Position numbers and translations under genes: made by a program. 64,000 nucleotides of DNA from Azolla caroliniana (lineage: Eukaryota > Plantae > Polypodiophyta). The number at the start of each line of letters is the position of its first letter. The stretch's first letter is position 1. This document shows, one piece after another, positions 1-11,600 of this stretch. The stretch covers positions 5,518,001 through 5,582,000 of the forward strand of contig JBHGNT010000020.1 of NCBI GenBank assembly GCA_043228905.1, written 5' to 3'. The notes below the pieces were generated by a model. It was given only the letters and a program-made list of their open reading frames with translations, did no database searches and was not told the origin of the DNA.

Positions 1-804
1 AAAGTAGAATGCTTATCAGTCCAGTTCAACTTAGCCGAATGAACAATGAAGAGTCCAACTTTGATGGAGCAAACCCCATTCTGCGCAATCGTTGCGTGAT
101 TTTCGCGTTCCAGGCATGCGAAGCTTGTTTAAGTCCGTATAATGACTTCTTCAATTGGCAAACTGCCGAGGTGTTCCGTTCGGATAGAAATCCGAGGGGT
201 TGTATCATTTACACTTGTTCCTCAAGATCACCTTGCAGGAATGCATTCTTTACATCCATTTGATGTAAGTGCCACCCCTTTGTCGTTGCTACGGCCACTA
301 ATACACAGACAGTTGTCATCTTCGCGATAGGCACGAAGGTGTCGTCGTAATCGATGTCGTGCTTCTACACGTAGCCCTTTGCCATTAATCGGGCCTTGTA
401 TCGGTCGACCGAGCCGTCGGTGTTATACTTCACCTTGTACACCCATCTGCGTCTAATCAGCTTTACACCTTTCGGTGCGTCAACCAGGTTCCAAGTCTCA
501 TTATCCGATACTGCTCGTATCACTTCCTCCATCGCAGCAAACCAATTAGTGTCTTTTGCCGCTTTTGCGTAGCTCTCTGGCTCACGCACTTTAGCCACTT
601 TTGCCATATACACGTAATGATGCGCCATATACGCATTATACTTGTATCTCTTTACAGGGTTCTTCAGGCGGGTGGATCAGCGTAATTCTTGATTCACTGA
701 TTTCGCAGCCTTCTCGGCCAATTTCGACTTCTTCCTCAGAGGTTCCTTTTTGGTTGGTTTGGAGTCAAATTCACTACGATCTGACTCGGCACGGCCAGTA
801 TCGT
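1..804 (-). mobile_element. Decayed Ty1/copia (family D) RT/linker fragment; host of the nested stack, resumes at 19633
   Basis: Minus ORFs with [31 protein letters not shown] and CQLKKSLYGLKQA. Joining 804 to 19633 restores sequence collinear with the family-D copy at ~37820-37900. Confidence 0.9.
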
Positions 805-1391
805 TGTCGTGAAGATTTTCGACAATAGTGTGAAAATCACATAAAACGTACAAAATCGAGTATGAATCACATAAAACAATAATAGTGAAGATAACATTTT
901 AAATAAGTTTAATATCTAAGTACAAAATGATGGAGGTATTCAAGAGCTTTCGAATGTACTTTATTACACGAGAAACGGACAACTAAATGTCAAGATATGA
1001 GGGTATAAAGTTTGTGAAAGGAAAAGAGAAAACTGTGAGATATCCCACATAGGAACGACAAATACGGCTCTCATCATATATAAGGTAGAACAAAAGCTAT
1101 TATCTTTGTGTCTATGTGTGGAGCATAGAGAGTTCAAGGTAACTTGAACTAAGAGTGGAGGTGGCTTAGCTACTCGTAAAGGGTTTTGACCAACCAAAAC
1201 CGGACCGACGATGGAGCCAGTGATCCGGCGGCGCACCGGCATCCAGCGGTAACCGGCGAGGCGGCGGCCATCGAAAACCGGCGGCATCCAGGGACGACGA
1301 GATGATGGCATTCGATAGCAAGGCGGCGACAACTGGTAACCGACAGCATCCGGCGAGGCAACGACAACCAGTAACCAGCGGCATCCGGCGC

Positions 1392-1774
1392 TGTTGACCG
1401 GTCAGAAGAGCAAGGATAAGTGGGAAGGCGGAGTCGGATCGGAAGTAAATAATAGTATAATTATTATTCGGAGGGACGGATCCAGTACAGTTGTACCGAT
1501 CCGGATCCGGACCGATTCGGATGCCGGTTGCCTAAGCGCACCGATTGTAACCTTGCCGGATGCCTATAAAAGGATCCGATGATTTGTAAAGGTTTTGACG
1601 GAAGTAATACAAATAGAATTATTGCGTGTTTATCTGTATCTCTGTATTGGTTTACCGTCTGTGCTTAATTGTAATCATCTTACGCGTGTAACCTAGCATC
1701 CAATCCTTACCACCCCTTTGGAGAAGTGTCGGATAGACACCTGTGTTGAGGCTAGTCCGGCCAGGCAGACAACA
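1392..1774 (+). repeat. Family-B LTR 1
   Basis: TGTTGACC...GACAACA, TATA-like CTATAAAAG, near-identical to LTR 2 and LTR 3. Confidence 0.95.
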
Positions 1775-1781
1775 CTATTTT

Positions 1782-3079
1782 GTCGACATGCCGAGCAGGA
1801 GATAGAACGACTGCAGGAAGAACTCCGACAACAGAAGGACCGGGATGACCGGTTAAGAGCTCAGGCAAACCGACACCTGAAGCAGAAGACGGAGGACTTC
1901 GACCGTCTCTACCGAGATCACAAGCAGGCCGAGTCGGACAACAAGAAACGGGCAGCAGACTACGACCGGCAAATAGAGAAGCTGAAAGAACAGCTCAAAG
2001 AGACCCGATTAGACCTGGCTAAGACAATGGATGAGGTCAGTGCCAAAAAGGAAGCATTGTCGGCGGAAATAACCCAAGTGACGGAGAGAAGGAAGGAATT
2101 AGAGGCGCTAAGGCGGGAAAAGCTGGATCTGACCAAGATCAGGAATGAAGAAAAGGAAAGATCGACCTTCACGATCAACAAACTACAAAGTACCTATGAA
2201 AAGCAGAAAGTGGATTACGAGGCCCAGGCTCAGATAATGGTCGACATTATAAAACGGGCAAGGAAGGAAAAGCAAGAAGCTTATGCGCATGCTAAGGCGG
2301 GGGTTGACCGGATCAAGCTCATCATGTCAGGTTGGAGTACCCGAGCTCAGGCAAACATTAACGAAAGTACGGAAAAGCTATGGAAGGAGTGGTCACAACA
2401 GGCAGCCGAGCTGCAGACACTCCGAGCTGATGCCGAGAATCGGAGGAAGACCGGTGACAAGTTCTACAAGATGGATGAAGAAAGTATCGTCGCCATTCGG
2501 GAAGAATTGTCGGAGGATTTCTACGCTTTAGCGGAAGAACATCTCAAAGAAATCCGAGGGTTGGTAGAGAGGTTGGATGACGGGCAGCTCGCAACTCAGT
2601 TGGAGTTGGAGAAATACGAGCAAGACCGGTTACGACAGGAAGCCAAGGGAAGAACGACGCCAATCACTATAAGTGAGGGAGAGCGACCGGTTGAAGTTGA
2701 ACCAACCGACACCGAACAACCCCGACAAGGAATACCCGAAGAAGAACTTCCGTTCGAAGGAAATCAAGAAGAGCAGGAGCAGACCGATGCCGGAGAAGAA
2801 GAAGAGTTGAGACCGGAAGACACCAGAGCAGAGGAAGAAGGCGCACCGAGCCGACCAGTCGAGACCGGAGAAAGCGACACTGGTAACAGAATAGAGCCTG
2901 GAACGGAGGGAGAACAGGAAGAACCCGGACGGAGCGGTGAGGAAGCACCGGCACCACAGAATCAAGTAGAGCCGGAGCAGCAAATTTTTACGAAACAGCC
3001 AACCCAACCGGAGGTCGGAGACCAGGCAGGCAAGGAACATGAATTGGAGGAAGAAGCACCACTTGACCCCATCGAGTAG
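1782..3079 (+). pseudogene. 3' half of the family-B extra ORF (coiled-coil/acidic protein) in an internally deleted unit
   Basis: 1782-3159 aligns to 16965-18342 (offset 15183); PBS, gag and pol are deleted directly after LTR 1. Confidence 0.9.
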
Positions 3080-3117
3080 AGTGTGCTCGATATTTTGGAG
3101 GAAGAATGAGGCCGGGA

Positions 3118-3157
3118 GTGGATTCGAAGTGCAAGGCACTTTCCCACGGGCGTGCCA
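3118..3157 (+). other. tRNA-Arg 3'-end-like sequence (inverted PBS) at the position of the PPT
   Basis: GTGGATTCGAA-gtgcaaggcactt-TCCCACGGGCGTGCCA, then TG, then the LTR; identical at 18301-18340. Confidence 0.7.
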
Positions 3158-3159
3158 TG

Positions 3160-3542
3160 TGTTGACCGGTCAGAAGAGCAAGGACAAGTGGGAAGGCGGA
3201 GTCGGATCGGAAGTTAATAATAGTATAATTATTATTCGGAGGGACGGATCCGGTACAGTTGTACCGATTCGGATCCGGACCGATTCGGATGCCGGTTGCC
3301 TAAGCGCACCGATTGTAACCTTGTCGGATGCCTATAAAAGGATCTGATGATTTGTAAAGGTTTTGACGGAAGTAATACAAATAGAATTATTGCGTGTTTA
3401 TTTGTATCTCTGTATTGTTTTACCGTCTGTGCTTAATTGTAATCATCTTACGCGTGTAACCTAGCATCCAATCCTTACCACCCCTTTGGAGAAGTGTCGG
3501 ATAGACACCTGTGTTGAGGCTAGTCCGGCCAGGCAGACAACA
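3160..3542 (+). repeat. Family-B LTR 2
   Basis: 383 bp, TG...CA, followed by a PBS. Confidence 0.95.
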
Positions 3543-3548
3543 CTATTT

Positions 3549-3560
3549 TGGCGACCACGA
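3549..3560 (+). promoter_or_regulatory. Primer-binding site TGGCGACCACGA (tRNA-Arg(UCG)-like)
   Basis: Starts 6 nt after the LTR CA; complementary to a ...GTGGTCGCCA tRNA end; repeated at 18732-18743. Confidence 0.75.
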
Positions 3561-4031
3561 TTCCTGCAAAGTGCAGAGGACAACCAAGGGATGGATGTCT
3601 AGACCAAACGACGACCACATCACCGAACGAGGGAGATGATACACCGAACGAGAGCAACGACGGGAAGCCCTGTAGCAAGCCGTCGACGAGATCTGGCGAG
3701 ATCGGTCATTCTCCAGAACTCTTCGGAGAGTCGCAGAAGAAGCACTGCAGTTCAGGGTTCTGCAAGTCCCCGACGAAGGTAGTAGCGTAACAAGCCTGCA
3801 AGAGGCGGAAACGATACTACAGACGCTCGCTGGGGGCGACGGGACTCGGAAGCATTCACAACACTTGAGGCGGAGTCAGAAAGCGACGGAAGCGTTGCGT
3901 CCCGGTATAAAAGCAGCCACGACACACCAAAAGACCCAGGGGAAGAGGGGTCGGAAGACTCAGTAACACCGGAGCCAGAGGAAGAAATAACCTTGGAGTT
4001 CGGTGACCGGCAATCGCCGAGGGAGGGTGAC

Positions 4032-4175
4032 CGGATACCGATAACACCCGCGAAGGAACCGAAGGAGCGGATACCGACAACACCTGCGGAGGAACCAAAG
4101 GACCGGACACCAGCAACACCTGCGGAGGAACTGAAGGAGCGGATACAGGCACCAACCGCGGAGGAACCAAAGGTT
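4032..4175 (+). repeat. 36-bp in-frame tandem repeat (about 4 copies) in family-B gag
   Basis: Encodes RIPITPAKEPKE / RIPTTPAEEPKD / RTPATPAEELKE / RIQAPTAEEPK. Confidence 0.85.
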
Positions 4176-6049
4176 CTCACACCGACGCCAACAACGGACA
4201 GAGAGCGGAGAAAGCAGGAGAGTCAGTTGGACGACACGATGCCGTACCCATACCCAAAGTACCGGGATGAGCCTGACGCGGAGGCACACGTTTACGCATT
4301 CCAAACATGGGAAGCCAACCATGTCTCCCAAAGACTGACGGAGCCCGAAGCCGAACGATCCAAAGTCGCCGAATTCGGCATGACCTTAGAAGGACCGGCG
4401 GCCCGATGGCACGCAAAGCACTTATCGGGCAGCTTTGCCACATTCGATGCCTTGAAGGCCAAATTCCTCAGGCTTTTTCACAGACAAGTTGAGCAAAGGG
4501 AATTGGTCGGGCAGTTCTACACCACCCGGTAGGAAGAGAACGAGACTGTGCCACAATTCATCATTCGGTTTCAGACCCTGCACAGCCAACTGACGAAAGC
4601 ACCACCCGAAGACGAAGCCAAAGCAGTCTTTTTGGCCGCGCTGAAAGAGCCACTTCGAACAATGTGCGGAGTCCTTGATTTCCACACCAGCACAATGGAC
4701 CAAGTTATTGATCGGGTCTTAGAAATGGACAAGACTAGCTCCTTCTTGTCGATGGGGATGTTACACCGGGCACTCCCGAAGGAGGAAGACCTGAGGTTCC
4801 GACAGGCCTTACAATCCACAACATGCCTAAATTCGGGCCACTCAACAGTAGACTGCACCCTGCGGACACAATGTATGATCTGCAACTCTCGAGCCCATAC
4901 AACGGACCGATGCGAATATAACCTGTTAAATCGGCAAGCAGCACCGGTTCGACACATAGAACCGCGCAATCAGAACCCGGATGAGGATCGATTCCGGAGA
5001 GACGACCGCTACCAACGCGAACGCGGTAACAGATACGCTGATAGAAGACGCGATAACTATGACCAAGAGGAGAAACGCAGAGATAGCTACCCCCGGGACC
5101 GGTACGACCGAACGAATCCCCGGAATACGAACGACGCAGAGAAGAGAGGCGACAAGGGAACCGAAATTTCCGACGGAATCAGAAGCGTGGATTTTTCCGA
5201 AGAGAGGAACGTCGGGAGGCAGCAAGGAATGACAACCCGGTATCGGTATCGGATAACCGAAAAACCGAAGACGACCACCGAAGCATACCCACCCTCCAAA
5301 CCGGGGACAAAGGAGAAACGAGCAACAGTCACAAGGTGTACTGTTATTACTGCCGTAAGGAAGGCCATTATAGTAACCAATGCCCAAGCAAAACCAATGA
5401 CAAGCAGCCGGCAGTCAACATGGTTACAGCCGAAGTAACAGAAGTACAGCAGGTCACAACCCGGTCAAAGGGAAAGACCGCCGAGTGGGAAGCCCAGGAG
5501 GCAATCAGAAAACAAGCGGCGCAATGGATCAAGGAGGCCAATGAACAGAATGCGGCAGAAGTAAGAGACCAAAATATGCCAAAAGACGAAGAAATCATAC
5601 AGCCAGGAGAAAACCCGACGTGGCAAGCGCTACAGGACTGTCAAATCGTGCTGCCGTTAGCACGGCTACTACAGTTGGTGCCACGGTTTACGGCAGACTT
5701 ACAAGCATCCGTGAGCAAACCGAAGCCGACGCCAGCACCGACATTCTTCTCCAACCCGGAGGAAGGACCAACGGTGGTCGATACAAGTAGCCCGGCGATC
5801 ACGACAATCGTGAAAGGAAAGGAAATTGCTGGAACGATTATTGACGGAGGCTCCGGGGTAAATGTCATCAGCCGACAGACATGCGATAACCTGGGCATCC
5901 GGGAATGGGAACCATGCCCCTTCTGGTTACGCATGGCGGATACCAGCTCAGTCCGACCGACCGGGCTTATCCGGGATTTGGAAGTAACGATCGGAGGCCA
6001 CGTATTCCGGATATTGGCCGTGGTGCTGCAACTGAATGTACAAGGCGCG

Positions 6050-6235
6050 TGTCGAATACAAGTGTATAATGGACGTATTCACACTATCCCTTTGTATAGC
6101 TCAAGTTTGGGCCATTTGTGTAATTAGCATAAAGGGTAGTTGCCCTAAGTCGGTCACTATATATAGTGACCTTGTAACCTTTTTGTAAGGTTGGGTGTTG
6201 TATTATTTCTTCTATTGAATAGAAAGTCTTTTGTG

Positions 6236-6274
<39 letters not shown>

Positions 6275-9200
6275 AAGATCGTAGAAACTGTCATACGCAG
6301 GTACTCAGAACAGAATCGAATGCTTCTTAATCTTCCGCATAGACGACCTTGATCTCCAACATCTGGTATCAGAGCCTGCACAGTATTCGGTCCTTCAATC
6401 CGCTGTCGGACGTCGTCTCAGCCTGCACAGCATTCGGTTTCCTGCGTCATTCGAAGAAGAGAGAAGAAGAAGAAAAAAAAAAAAACGAGGCTTGCATCTC
6501 ATCGCGTTAGATCATCTTCGCTTGGAGTAAGCCAGCCGGTTGTACTCTGTTTCTTGTGATCGTAACCGCTCGAGGTGAAATCCCCTTGTGCAACATTGAC
6601 ACGATCGTGCTCCACTCGGTTAAACGGCACCCGAAGAGGTCATCAAACGCTGCTCGCCGCTCATTGTAACCACTCGGTGCAGATCGGTCTCAAGACAACA
6701 ACCCCAATTCGTGCTTCATCCGGCTGATCGACATTCGAGAGGATCAGTTGGATCCGTCTCTCTCGTCGCTGCAGTCACCCGAAGCAGAATCGGTCCAAAC
6801 AATCGGATTCAATAATCGGTATTTGGCATATATATTCGGAAGCGAACCGGGCTCACTCCGACTCGGCAACATTCGGGAAGACCAGTCGGTTCTGTCCCTC
6901 AAGTTACCGGAGTCAATTCGAGCAAGTTCAACAATACATATATCCGAAGCCGAACCGACTCGGGTTCAAATCCGACTAGAACGATATCGGGTGAGCCAAC
7001 CGGCTGCACTCCAACAAGGTTCGTAGTCAACTCCGAACCAAGCCTCGTCAACCGAAACCAAATTTGATGGCATCAACATCCGGCTCGTCAGAAATGAGTC
7101 TACGAAAGTTCGATGGATCGAACTTCAACTTCTGGAAGGAGCAAATGCAGGACTATCTCATAGTCAAGGGGCAAATCGATCCCATCGAAAATGAAGAACC
7201 TCCAGAAGGATACAAACCAATTGAGTGGCAGAAGCTGGACAGAATCGTCCGCGCCACGATTCGGATGCACCTATCGGAATCGGTATACTTTACGGTGCAA
7301 TCGTGTACGACAGCATTCGAACTGTGGAAAACACTGTCGGACACCTACGAAAAGAAGGTCGCTGCAACGAAGATGTTTCTGATCCGGCGCCTCTACAACT
7401 TGCGGATGAAAGAATCCGATTCGGTTCAAGCACACCTCAATGAGTACGAAAGCATAAGCTCCCAAATCTCGTCACAGGGGACGGCAATCGAGGATGAACT
7501 CAGAGCAATGATACTCATGAGCAGCCTTCCCTCATCATGGGAAACTTTCGTCACAACCGTGTGCAACGCGTCAACCACGGCTGTTAAATACTCCGAAGTC
7601 ACGAGCGCAATCCTGACCGAAGCAGCTCGGAGAAAGTCTTTCGCCAAAGACTCAACAGACGACGCTTACGTAGTACAAGGTTCGACAGACCGATCGAACA
7701 TACGAGGAAGAGATTCCTCACGGCCGCCGAACAATCAGCGAAGACGGAGCCAGTCACGGGATAATCGAATCTGCAACTATTGCAAGAAACCCGGACACAT
7801 CAAAGCCGACTGCCGCGCACTCAAGAACAAGAACGACAAGTCTCAGAGATCAGACAAGAAGAGTGGCCGGCATGAGGAGATCAATTACGTCAGCTTCTCA
7901 GCTGATGTGCTACCAAACGACCCGAATATACTATCAATCGAAAATCCAGTCGGATCAGAAGTTCTGCTCACGACTGAAGAATCGAGCACATGGCTCTTAG
8001 ATTCGGGCGCGTCATTTCAGGTGACTCCTCATCGATCCCAATTTCGGCAATATACGATCCGTCACTCCGACTCAGTTCGAGTCGGTAACTCGCAACACTG
8101 TGACATCATTGGAATCGGCACAGTAGAGCTCAACCTTGCAGGTGGCTCTACACTTGTACTTCACAATGTCCGACATGTACCCGAGCTCTCAAGGCCATTG
8201 ATCTCAGTCGGACAACTAGATGAAGACGGCATTCGTGCCGGTTTTTCTTCGGGAGGGTGGACACTCCACAGGGGGAACCTCCTGCTTGCTAGAGGACCCA
8301 AGATACACTCACTGTATCCGTTACATGTTACGCTCAGAGAGGGTAACCTGTTTTTGGTGGATATTCCTGTGTCATCACTATGGCACAGAAGATTAGGACA
8401 CCTCAGCAAGGTCGGCATTACGCATCTATCTAGAGCCGGATACATCCCTAAACTCTCCTTCTCCGACCATCAATTCTGCGAGCATTGCCAGTATGGCAAA
8501 CAAGCAGCCGCATCACACCCGACATCAGCACCAAGAGAAACGAGACCTCTCGATTTGGTCCACTCGGACGTCTGTGGCCCAATGCCGCATCAGTCTCTCG
8601 GCGGTGCCTCTTACTTCGTCAGTTTTATTGACGATTCGACTCGAAAGGTGTGGGCTTATCCAATTCGCACCAAAGATCGTGTCTTCTCGATCTTCTCCGA
8701 TTGGCTCGCTATGGTAGAAAATCAAACCGACCGAAAACTGAAATGCTTTCGGACCGACAATGGGGGAGAGTTCAAATCAGAAGAATTCGTCAAATTCTGC
8801 CGACAACGCGGCATCCGACGTGAATTTACGGCACCACACAGTCCGGAGCAAAACGGGATTGCCGAACGCATGAATCGGACAATCCAAGAACGGATAGTTT
8901 CCATGCTCCAACACTCCGGACTGTCAGATGGCTTCTGGGCAGAGGCTCTACTCACGGCAGTACATATAATCAATATGTCGCCAAGCAGACCTCTAGGACT
9001 TCAAATTCCTCAGGAACTATGGATCGGCAGTAAGCCGAATTATGACAAGCTGAGGATCTTCGGATGCGAGGCGTACGCCCTTATTCCGAAAGATGATCGC
9101 CGAAAACTTGCACCTCGGTCCAGGAAATGCATTTTCCTTGGATATGGATCCGACGGCGAAATGGGATACCGACTCTGGGATCCCGAACGCAGACAAATCG

Positions 9201-11478
9201 TCCGAAGTTCGGACGTTGTGTTCAACGAGTCGGCTATGAATCCATCAGTCAAAACACCGATCGAAGTCCGAAGGGTAACATTTTCCGATGTGCCGACCCT
9301 TCAAGAAGGCCCCGCTCTTAACACACGGTCAGCTTCACGGGTAGCTGAACCTTACACTACCGACTCGGACAACTCCGACTCGGCACAGCAGAATAATTCG
9401 CTTTCGGACCATCCGACCTCGATACCCGATGCGACCAGTCCAATCATACCTCGACGATCCGAGAGACTGTCGCAACCTCCGGAGAGGTATTCTCCTGGAA
9501 TTTTCTTCACCGACGCCGGCGAACCGACGTCTTACGAAGAAGCATCGACATCTGTCGATTCTGCCACCTGGCATCTGGCGATGGAGTCGGAAATGCACTC
9601 CATTCGGGCAAACAAGACTTGGGATCTGGTCGAATTACCTAGGAACCGACGTGCTCTTCCTTGCAAGTGGGTTTATCGACTAAAAGAGACGTCTGATTCG
9701 ACCACCCCAAAGTACAAGGCCAGATTAGTTGCGAAGGGCTTCCGACAAGAATATGGCGTCGACTTCGACGAGATTTTTTCACCAGTGGTGAAAATGACAA
9801 CCCTTCGTTTTCTACTCGGCGTAGTGGCAGCCGACAACTTGGAGCTGATTCAGCTAGATGTCAAAACAACATTCCTCCATGGTGATCTTGAAGAGGAAAT
9901 TTATATGGAGCAGCCAAAAGGCTTCGAGGTAACTGGCCAAGAACATCTAGTCTGCCGACTCAGGAAGAGTCTATACGGCCTCAAACAGGCACCGCGACAA
10001 TGGTACAAGAAGTTCGACGACTTCATCCAATCGATCGGCTTCTCAAAAAGCGATGAGGACCATTGTCTTTTTACCAACACAGCTCAAGATGGATCACCCA
10101 TCTTCCTCATCATTTACGTGGACGACATGCTAATTTCTGGACGCCATGCGGGCGAACTTGCCGATCTCATTCAGCAACTGCGGTTGAAGTTTGCCATGAA
10201 GGACCTCGGTCCGGCACGACACATACTTGGCATGAAGATTAGTCGGCATCGCGATCAACGACATCTTTTTTTGTCTCAGACCGACTATATCGGACGTCTC
10301 TTGGAACGCCTCAACATGCAATCAGCCAAATCTGCTTCAACCCCGCTCCCCATGAATCTTCGGCTCTCTCAGCGAGACTGCCCGACATCCGGTCCGGAGG
10401 GGGAAGATATGAAGTCGGTACCGTATGCACCGGCAGTCGGCTCCCTTATGTACCTGATGGTCGCGACACGGCCTGATATTTCTCATGCCGTAGGAGTCGT
10501 CAGCAGATTTATGCACAATCCTGGCCGATCGCATTGGAACGCAGTCAAGCATGTGTTCAAATATCTGGCTGGCACAAAAGACCACGGCATTCTTTTCGGT
10601 CCGAACTCAATCTCAGGCGTAGTCGGTTACACCGACTCGGACTTCGCCGGCTGTATAGACAGTCGGATATCAACAACTGGATACTGCTTCAAATTCGGCA
10701 ATGGAGCAATTTCGTGGAAGTCGAAACTTCAGGAGTGCACAGCGACCTCAACGACCGAAGCAGAATATGTAGCTGCGTCCGACACTGCAAAAGAAGCTTT
10801 GTGGCTCGGCCGGCTGGCGCACACGTTCCGACAAGTCGACCATGACTCGGCCCCAGTTGTCTATAGCGACAGTCAAGGTGCTGTTGCCTTGTCGAGAAAT
10901 CCGGTTCACCACAACGCCTCCAAACATATCGACGTTCGATATCACTTCGTTCGGGACTGCGTCATTTCAGGGAAAATCGGTCTAGAGAAAATATCCACAA
11001 CCGACAATGTCGCAGATGGAATGACCAAGTGTCTTTCGGCAGACCGCTTTCGGTCCCTTCGGCATCAGATGGGCGTAACGACAAACCAGTCCGGTTAGAG
11101 CCGGACACAACGCAGGATGGTTTCCGACAACCGACATCAGTTCCTTAATGATCGGCTTCAACTCTTCCGACCCGACCAGTCCGGTCTTCTGCCTTCGGAC
11201 CCTGCCGATCCGAACAAAAACTGATATGTCCGAGAACCTAGGTTTATACCTGTAATCTTAGATAACCCATGTATACGCCCATTACGGGGGAGTGTCGAAT
11301 ACAAGTGTATAATGGACGTATTCACACTATCCCTTTGTATAGCTCAAGTTTGGGCCATTTGTGTAATTAGCATAAAGGGTAGTTGCCCTAAGTCGGTCAC
11401 TATATATAGTGACCTTGTAACCTTTTTGTAAGGTTGGGTGTTGTATTATTTCTTCTATTGAATAGAAAGTCTTTTGTG

Positions 11479-11513
<35 letters not shown>

Positions 11514-11600
11514 AAGATCGTAGAAACTGTCATACGCAGGTACTCAGAACAGAATCGAATGCTTCTTAATCTTCCGCATAGACGACCTTGATCTCCAACA
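6050..11600 (+). mobile_element. Intact full-length Ty1/copia (family C)
   Basis: LTRs 6050-6361 and 11293-11600 identical by eye except (CT)n length; TSD GCGCG (6045-6049, 11601-11605); PBS TGGTATCAGAGCC (tRNA-iMet) 6364-6376; PPT ACGGGGGAG 11284-11292. Confidence 0.97.
7067..11098 (+). CDS. Copia Gag-Pol polyprotein, uninterrupted (1343 aa from the ATG)
   Basis: CNYCKKPGHIKADC, WLLDSGAS, H..LGH...CEHC, VHSDVCGP/RTDNGGEF/QNGIAER, QLDVKTTFLHG, YVDDML, YTDSDFAG/TEAEY/YSDSQGA. Confidence 0.97.
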   Translation: MASTSGSSEMSLRKFDGSNFNFWKEQMQDYLIVKGQIDPIENEEPPEGYKPIEWQKLDRIVRATIRMHLSESVYFTVQSCTTAFELWKTLSDTYEKKVAATKMFLIRRLYNLRMKESDSVQAHLNEYESISSQISSQGTAIEDELRAMILMSSLPSSWETFVTTVCNASTTAVKYSEVTSAILTEAARRKSFAKDSTDDAYVVQGSTDRSNIRGRDSSRPPNNQRRRSQSRDNRICNYCKKPGHIKADCRALKNKNDKSQRSDKKSGRHEEINYVSFSADVLPNDPNILSIENPVGSEVLLTTEESSTWLLDSGASFQVTPHRSQFRQYTIRHSDSVRVGNSQHCDIIGIGTVELNLAGGSTLVLHNVRHVPELSRPLISVGQLDEDGIRAGFSSGGWTLHRGNLLLARGPKIHSLYPLHVTLREGNLFLVDIPVSSLWHRRLGHLSKVGITHLSRAGYIPKLSFSDHQFCEHCQYGKQAAASHPTSAPRETRPLDLVHSDVCGPMPHQSLGGASYFVSFIDDSTRKVWAYPIRTKDRVFSIFSDWLAMVENQTDRKLKCFRTDNGGEFKSEEFVKFCRQRGIRREFTAPHSPEQNGIAERMNRTIQERIVSMLQHSGLSDGFWAEALLTAVHIINMSPSRPLGLQIPQELWIGSKPNYDKLRIFGCEAYALIPKDDRRKLAPRSRKCIFLGYGSDGEMGYRLWDPERRQIVRSSDVVFNESAMNPSVKTPIEVRRVTFSDVPTLQEGPALNTRSASRVAEPYTTDSDNSDSAQQNNSLSDHPTSIPDATSPIIPRRSERLSQPPERYSPGIFFTDAGEPTSYEEASTSVDSATWHLAMESEMHSIRANKTWDLVELPRNRRALPCKWVYRLKETSDSTTPKYKARLVAKGFRQEYGVDFDEIFSPVVKMTTLRFLLGVVAADNLELIQLDVKTTFLHGDLEEEIYMEQPKGFEVTGQEHLVCRLRKSLYGLKQAPRQWYKKFDDFIQSIGFSKSDEDHCLFTNTAQDGSPIFLIIYVDDMLISGRHAGELADLIQQLRLKFAMKDLGPARHILGMKISRHRDQRHLFLSQTDYIGRLLERLNMQSAKSASTPLPMNLRLSQRDCPTSGPEGEDMKSVPYAPAVGSLMYLMVATRPDISHAVGVVSRFMHNPGRSHWNAVKHVFKYLAGTKDHGILFGPNSISGVVGYTDSDFAGCIDSRISTTGYCFKFGNGAISWKSKLQECTATSTTEAEYVAASDTAKEALWLGRLAHTFRQVDHDSAPVVYSDSQGAVALSRNPVHHNASKHIDVRYHFVRDCVISGKIGLEKISTTDNVADGMTKCLSADRFRSLRHQMGVTTNQSG

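Noticed and set aside
1718-3079. 453-aa coiled-coil ORF as a host gene
   Set aside because: It starts at a TTG within the LTR and is a deletion fusion to the element's extra ORF.
2630-3139. Antisense Leu/Phe-rich ORFs over the extra ORF (also 17813-18322, 15559-16293)
   Set aside because: Shadow frames of purine-rich coding sequence; no independent motifs.
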